Source: Takakia lepidozioides | Taxonomy: Eukaryota > Plantae > Bryophyta | Length of the DNA stretch: 64,000 bases | Assembly: GCA_030704615.1 (NCBI GenBank) | Contig: CM060732.1 | Coordinates: 17,608,001 to 17,672,000, forward strand | Direction of reading: 5' to 3' | In this document: positions 57,866 to 64,000 of the stretch, piece after piece | Position numbering within the stretch: the stretch's first letter is position 1 | How the letters are laid out: the number at the start of each line of letters is the position of its first letter | Made by a program: the position numbers and the translations under genes | The notes under the pieces: model-generated | Told to the model about the DNA's origin: nothing | Databases searched by the model: none | Seen by the model: only the letters and a program-made list of their open reading frames with translations

Positions 57866-58978
57866 GGAAAACAACTATTCCAAGGTTGCAGACGACGAAC
57901 AAGATGGTCTCCGGCTTAGGTCAGCTTCCAATCTCACTAACCAGCATGGTCACCCACGGCCACAGGGACGGAGCCTACGGACAATACTCTCTGGACTTCT
58001 TGCCGGGAGACCCGCACTTCACGATTGGCTCTCTAGCAAGATGCCTCCACTAACTAGAGAAGCCCTCTTGCCGCGAAAGTCGTAACATCTTTGACCACCC
58101 ACCTCAGAATTCTTTTTTCGAATCTCTCATGAAGGGTAAATCGAGGTGTCTCGACGTCTTGAAACCTTTCGGCGATAAGGAGAAGAAAAAAGGAAAAGTC
58201 CCACTTCCCCAAAGACTCTACCTCATTCATTGATCTGTGTAGCTACTCAGACCATCCACCATTTCCTGAGAGTATTGACCATCATGTAGTGTTGAGTGCA
58301 AGATGCAAGTGTCTTGCTTCATTCATTGATCTGTGTAGCTACTCAGACCATCCACCATTTCCCGATAGTGGGGTCTACCCGGCATAGGTGGGAAGTCAGC
58401 CCACAATTGCACTTGACTGAAGGGGTGATTTTTTACTGATTCTGGTGACAGTGGATGGAAATCAAAGTGTTGTCTTCGTCTGGGTTTGGGTGGTGGAGCT
58501 TCTCCAAAGTTTGAAGATGGAAGTGAATACAAATATTAATGAGCTTGATGAGAGGGGCAGCGTTGTCCACAAGTTTGTTCAGCATCTTAAATTTGGACAT
58601 GTTTGTTTGTTTCTTGTGGTGTGGCTTTGGATGGAGCCCTTGACGAACTTGCATGAATATTGTCAAAAGCTAGCCTTAACCCACCAAGATCCAATCCCAT
58701 GGTGGATGCTTGAAAGTTCATATAGTGAATGTAAGGGTATTTGGGTATGTTGTTATTGATTTATGCGGCTTGTGAAAATTGAACATTGAAATGCAGATCC
58801 GCCATTTTTCTTCCAGAAAAAAACAAAATGCGGGATCTCTGCATGCAACACCGTGGGGGTGACCCACCCCTTTTTTTGTGAAAAATTGAACGTAGTTCTC
58901 AAAATTCGTCGCTAGTAGAGTGGAGCAACGCGAAGCTCTAGTAACTAATACATTACTTGTATTTTCAACAAGTGCACT

Positions 58979-59050
58979 TGGATTGCTGATTAGGGGGTTT
59001 CATTATACGTTGTAGGTCGTGGGTTCAATTCTTGTCCGTACTATCTTTTG
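58979..59050 (+). promoter_or_regulatory. tRNA-like Pol III unit (weak A box)
   Basis: B box GGTTCAATTC at 59022; degenerate A box about 32 nt upstream; T run downstream. Confidence 0.35.
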
Positions 59051-59110
59051 TAGCTAGTTGTTGTTTTATTGTATTTAATTTTCAAGACCCCTGCCACACC
59101 TATAATTCTA

Positions 59111-59136
59111 GCGACGACCGAAGGTCGGAAGCTAGT
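59111..59136 (+). mobile_element. Possible Helitron-type 3' terminus
   Basis: Hairpin CGACC-GAA-GGTCG followed by CTAG|T. Confidence 0.4.
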
Positions 59137-60679
59137 TTAGCGTAGAGCAGGAATAGGGTGCCATAGTGCCTCGTCATCATCGCCACATTTCGTCGTCGTC
59201 AATTTTCGTCAGACCTGCCCGGACTGCCCGAGAATGTCATTTGTAGCGCGAGGAATGGATGACGATACGACGATATCCGGCATCCTTGAGCGCAGAGGGG
59301 TTTCACGCAATGTGGTGAGGGCACCTTCTTCGACCTATTTCAGCCGGTTTTGCCTCTCATCAGACTCGGCCCTAAGATGCCTGTTATCAGAGTCTTCCCT
59401 AAATTGCATAGAACGGCTTTGGCAGGAGCTCAAATCAAATCCTTCGCAGGGGTGGGACAACAGGTCTGGTGCTCAGCTGCACCGTGGTGGTTCTCACAGA
59501 CCAATCTGACATTACCTGACTACAGACACAAGCAGCACACAAGAGGGTCCTTTCGGGTTGATGGTCGGTCAAGTCCTCCATGGGTCATGACACAAGGTCA
59601 AGGACAATGTGGTGAGGGCACCTTCTTCTTCAACCTATTTCTGCCTATTTTGCCCTCTCATCAGACTCGGCCCTGAGGTGCATATGGGTGATTGCAGCCT
59701 ATAGTGTCCATTTTTTGATGTAAATGCATCATTTTTTCCATACATAGTTTGTTGTTATTGGACCACAATCTTCAGTTTCTATGACATTTATAAAATGGGA
59801 CTCACAATATTGCACCTATCTACATATAGTATCTACATTCCAAGATTCGCCACCAAAAACTTTTGTCTAGAAGTGATGGACTTTTTAAGAAGTCCATAGG
59901 TTTTGTTACGGTCCCTAAAAAAAGATGTTATGGACTCATTATTTTCTGGATTTTTGGACATAATTGGAATAAGGGACTTTGCCCTCCCTCGGTATTGTAA
60001 TAAAGAACCTAGAATGTCAATTTTTAAACTTTATCATTCAGTAAATGAAATGTTATGTACTTTATCAAACTATGAATAATACCCTTTTTTGTAAAGTCCT
60101 TTACTTTATGAATTCAATGTATTGACTCAAGTGTCTTCATTAAACACACCCCTTTATCATAGTCAAAGGGTGGCACAAGGTCGAATTTGGAAAAATATAA
60201 CTTTTTCTGAATTATAGTGAAGCTTGGATGAATGGATTTTCTAGATGGATGAACGGAATTTGTGAAATTATAATGAAGCTTAGATCAACGGATGAACACG
60301 TGGTGCTATATCTAGACGATCGTCTTTCTTCCTCATTTGAAATGACAGTATCGCGGTTGTCAGAATACCGGCTAGCAGGGGCCCTTCAGAGATCGACGTT
60401 CCCTCAGATTCTTCTCGCATTGTCATACTTTGTAGGTAAGCTTTCTTAAAGGTTTTTAGGTTTGCTGCACATATGTTTGCACCGTGTCCTTGTCTGTGAA
60501 ACTGCGGATATCTACATGCATTTTGTTGATCGTATCTTCTTGTCCCGTACATTGTGGATGCACCGCGCCTTCGATATTACATTGGTTGATACATTGTTGT
60601 GGTACCTATGCAGGTGTTAAGCTCAGTTTGACACCACGTACGTAAGGTTGCAGCGAGGGCAAGATCTTGCTGAAGCGGC

Positions 60680-63600
60680 ATGGGTTCAAAGAGGGTAGCA
60701 AACCAAAGAGCGAAGATTGTAAGACCTGGCCCTGCCGAGAGATTGGAAGCAGAGCGTCAAAGAAAACTTCAACAAGCTGCGCGTCAGGGAAAATATCGTC
60801 GTGTCCACAAACAGAAAGAGTCACGCAGATCTGAAATGGAAACTGCCCTTATGCTCGATGAGGTGATAATAGACGTGAGCGAGCAAAGGAGATTAGCAGC
60901 CCTAATTGTCGCTTTCATAGACACCACCCTTGCGAGATGTCCAGGTCCTAAGAGCAGGAAGATTGTGATGGAGAGGGTTCTGTCTAACCCCAAAGTGATT
61001 GCCCTCACACCAGAGTATTGTGTGCCTCCGGAACTAGCACTTGCACAACAAGAGGTCTTGGCAGGCGTCAACAGATCTTTGGAGGCCATCAAACAGGCAA
61101 ATTCCTCTGCCCAACTTGCTAGTAAACATTGTCTTCTCACAGCAAGCATTGTTGCTGAGCCAACCTCTTCAGCAAGACACTTGGCAAAAGTGCTTGGAGT
61201 ACATCACAGGAACATTTTGATTGCAAATCAAAGGCGTAAGGTCATGAGCGACTCAGGTGCATCTTTGTGGTCTCTGTCTGTGAGGAAGAAGCGGATAGAG
61301 ATTATTCCAACGTCAACTAAGAACGCTGTAGTTCAATGGTGGGTCTCAGAGACCCGGGTCAGTCCCGATAAGAGTAAAGTTACTAGGAAGCGTCTGGAGG
61401 CAGGGGTGTATGATGAGAAGCCTACTCACTTTCTCATGGAAACTCAGATATGTGTAGAGTGCCCTCTTCTGAATTTTCATGTATGTTGAGGTACTTCATG
61501 GGAGTGGTTGGGTTGTCCATGGCACTTGAGGGGAATGAGTGTAGTCTATGATGCTTGAATCACAGTGACTATGTAGTCTATGGTGGTTCAGGGCAGTTGT
61601 TGTGTAATCCATGGTAGTGGAAGGGCAGTCGCTATGTAGTCCACGGTACCTCAAGAGGTGCGTGGCACTTAAAGGGAGTGGATGTGTACTGTATCATGCT
61701 AGAAGGGACTTGCTATGCAGTCCATGGCACTAGCCAGGGTGTCATGGAGTGGTTATGTAGTCCATGAAGGGACCATGATAGTTCAGAGGAATGTTTATGT
61801 AGTCTAACATTATTCATATTACTATTTGTGTAGGCTTGTGGACAAATTGTCTAAGGAACTATGGATTAGTATATATTGAACGACTGAATCTGCTCATCTG
61901 TGGGGCTTTCTGTGTACAGGCAGAGTTCTCCCTTAGATTCAAAGCTGCTCATCCTAATACAGTGATTGGACATCGAACTTTTGAGGCTCTAAAGCCATTC
62001 TTTGTGAAAGCAATGAAGGATCGGAATACATGTGCATGCATCTACCACGTTGAGCTGAACGAACTTCGAATTGGTCTAAACAATATGAGGGTAACTTCTG
62101 GTCTTCATGACAAAGAGGTATGTAAGTGCCAATGCTCTGGTTTATGCTTCCACCCTAATCAATCATCTTGTGGAGCACAGTTGAAGGTTTACAAGGGAAT
62201 TACCGAATTGTGGGAATCTATTGTTTGCCAAAAAGGGGTTGAGGATGAGTGGCACAAACGTGAATGTCTATTTGGGCAGTGCAAGAAGTGTGGTCTGAAG
62301 ATCTTTCCATTCTGCCCTGTTGAAAATGATGGATCAGGCACTGGGCTAGTTGAGTGGAGGAGGTTTGCTATGGAAACCACCATGTCCAAAGCTGGCAAAC
62401 CTTTGAAGAAACTGACAATAGTTTACAAGAAAACTACGTCTGACGAGTTTGTGAACTACTTTAAGCCTAAGTTGCATAACTTTGTGAAGCACAACTTTGT
62501 GGCACGGTGGGAGGACAAGCAATTCAAGACCTGCATCAACTAGACACAATAGTGTCTGTTGTGGATTTTGCTGAGAACTACAGCTTTGAGATTCAGAATG
62601 AGGTTCAGAGTATGCATTGGCATACTTATCAGATTAGTATTCTTGTGCACATTACATTTCGTCATAACCCTGATGCTGATCCATATGACGAGGAATCGCG
62701 TATTCTCACGGAGTAACTTCTATATTTCTGACGACCGAAAGGAGTTTGTGCAACATTGTTTCAAGTTGCATTGGAGTCACATGGGTCGTCATGGTTATGC
62801 ACCCAAGTGGCATTGGATTTGGTCTGATGGTTGTGCCTCTCAATTTAAAAGCTCAAAGCCGTGGTACTTTGTAAGCAAGTACCCAAATATCACAGGGGGT
62901 TGCAAAATCATTTGGAGCTTCTTTGGCAGTGGCCATGGCAAGGGCCCACACGATGGTGCCGGTGCTGTTATCAAGAGGTCGGTTGTCAACTTCATTTTGA
63001 ATATTATTCAGTTTGCACCGAAATATCATGGTGATGCTTCCAAAGACTAAGTACTGTCAACTTGCTTCATATGTTTCACGGTTTTTTCATTGTTGATATC
63101 TTGTCAGGTTTCTAAGAAGAGCACAACTGGATGCTCAAGGACCCAAACTTCACAATGCAGAGGAGGTAGTGGCATTTTTACGAGAGCATTTATCACAGCG
63201 GCCAGAATCTTCCTACTCTGGATTGAGAAGGCCATTGCGCAGGATGTTTTGGCATGTAAAGGCGGATGACGTTGATAGGAGTGGCACTACCTTCAATTGT
63301 GATCCCATCAAAGGATCCATGAAGCTACACTCCATATGTGCAACTAATAAGCACAACTTGTCGCATCTTTTGGTCAAGGACCTTGCTTGTTTTTGTGTTT
63401 TCTGCTTAGATGGTCGGTGGTCTGACTGTATCAATATGCGATGGACGGGACCGTGGATCCCAAAGCAACTACAACTGCATGACACCAAGGCGGTTTGAGA
63501 GGCTATGTATGATGAGTGGGATGGCAATTGGCACACAGGGTTTGATGGCTCTGAATTGGCTGCAACACTTGAAATTGCAGACAATTTTGTCGTGAATGTG

Positions 63601-63945
63601 GAGGCTGGCAACTCGGAAGGCGTTTCTTTTTGGATAGTTAACTGTACAAAGACACTCCATGAAGTCAAAAGGCCTTTCAAGGATAAGTGGGGGACATCTT
63701 TTGTTGAAGGGGACGAAGTAGTTGCTGGCCTATATTACCAGAAGTGGGGCACTAGTGAATCCTCTTATGTTTTATTGAAGGACTTTCGACTGGTCTATCT
63801 ACATTCACATTTGGTGCGTGCAGTGAAGTTCCTCATGCCCCCAAAAGATTACAGGGCTAGTGGAAACGATGTTGTATATGAGCTGACTGAAGACGTGCGG
63901 ACTGGTATCAACTCTGTCATAGCATCTTTGGAAGAGGATGATTAG
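60680..63945 (+). mobile_element. Sola2-like DNA transposon transposase gene (at least 3 exons; stops and frameshifts)
   Basis: HTH-like ARHLAKVLGVHHRNI; FEALKPFFV..RNTCACIYH; VDFAENY..QNEVQSMHW; WSDGCASQFKS; FFGSGHGKGPHDGAG; introns at about 61448-61919 (donor reads AT instead of GT) and about 62978-63107. Confidence 0.75.
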
Positions 63946-64000
63946 GGATTGGCATAGGCTGGATGCCTTGCAACTGAAGTACTGAGGTTGGCAACAGAAG

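Overview
Eukaryotic, transposon-dense window. It is probably from a bryophyte: it has spliceosomal introns, a moss-like PPR-DYW fragment and non-chromovirus Ty3/Gypsy elements. There is a 500-N scaffold gap at 17480-17979. The only clearly intact host gene is an 11-coding-exon UAP56/DEAD-box RNA helicase 15/56 (35327-41391, +, 433 aa). Left of it are nested Ty3/Gypsy elements of two LTR families, both carrying extra ORFs after integrase, plus L1 LINE fragments and a Gypsy pol fragment in which a C5-cytosine DNA methyltransferase domain is fused N-terminally to reverse transcriptase. Right of it are decayed DNA transposons (GCM/MULE-like, Sola-like), captured gene fragments (ABCG/PDR exon, PPR-DYW) and four tRNA-like Pol III promoter units. 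The most striking item is a multi-exon gene joining a ParB/Srx-like (DGNHR) domain to a bacterial-type beta-class N4C/N6A DNA methyltransferase. It lies head-to-head with a MULE-like transposase across an array of CGCCGGCG palindromes, and a second, diverged paralog sharing intron positions lies about 4 kb away. The Gypsy-fused and ParB-fused methyltransferase copies carry stops or frameshifts, and the paralog is 5'-truncated. All calls come from motif recognition only; no database search was run.
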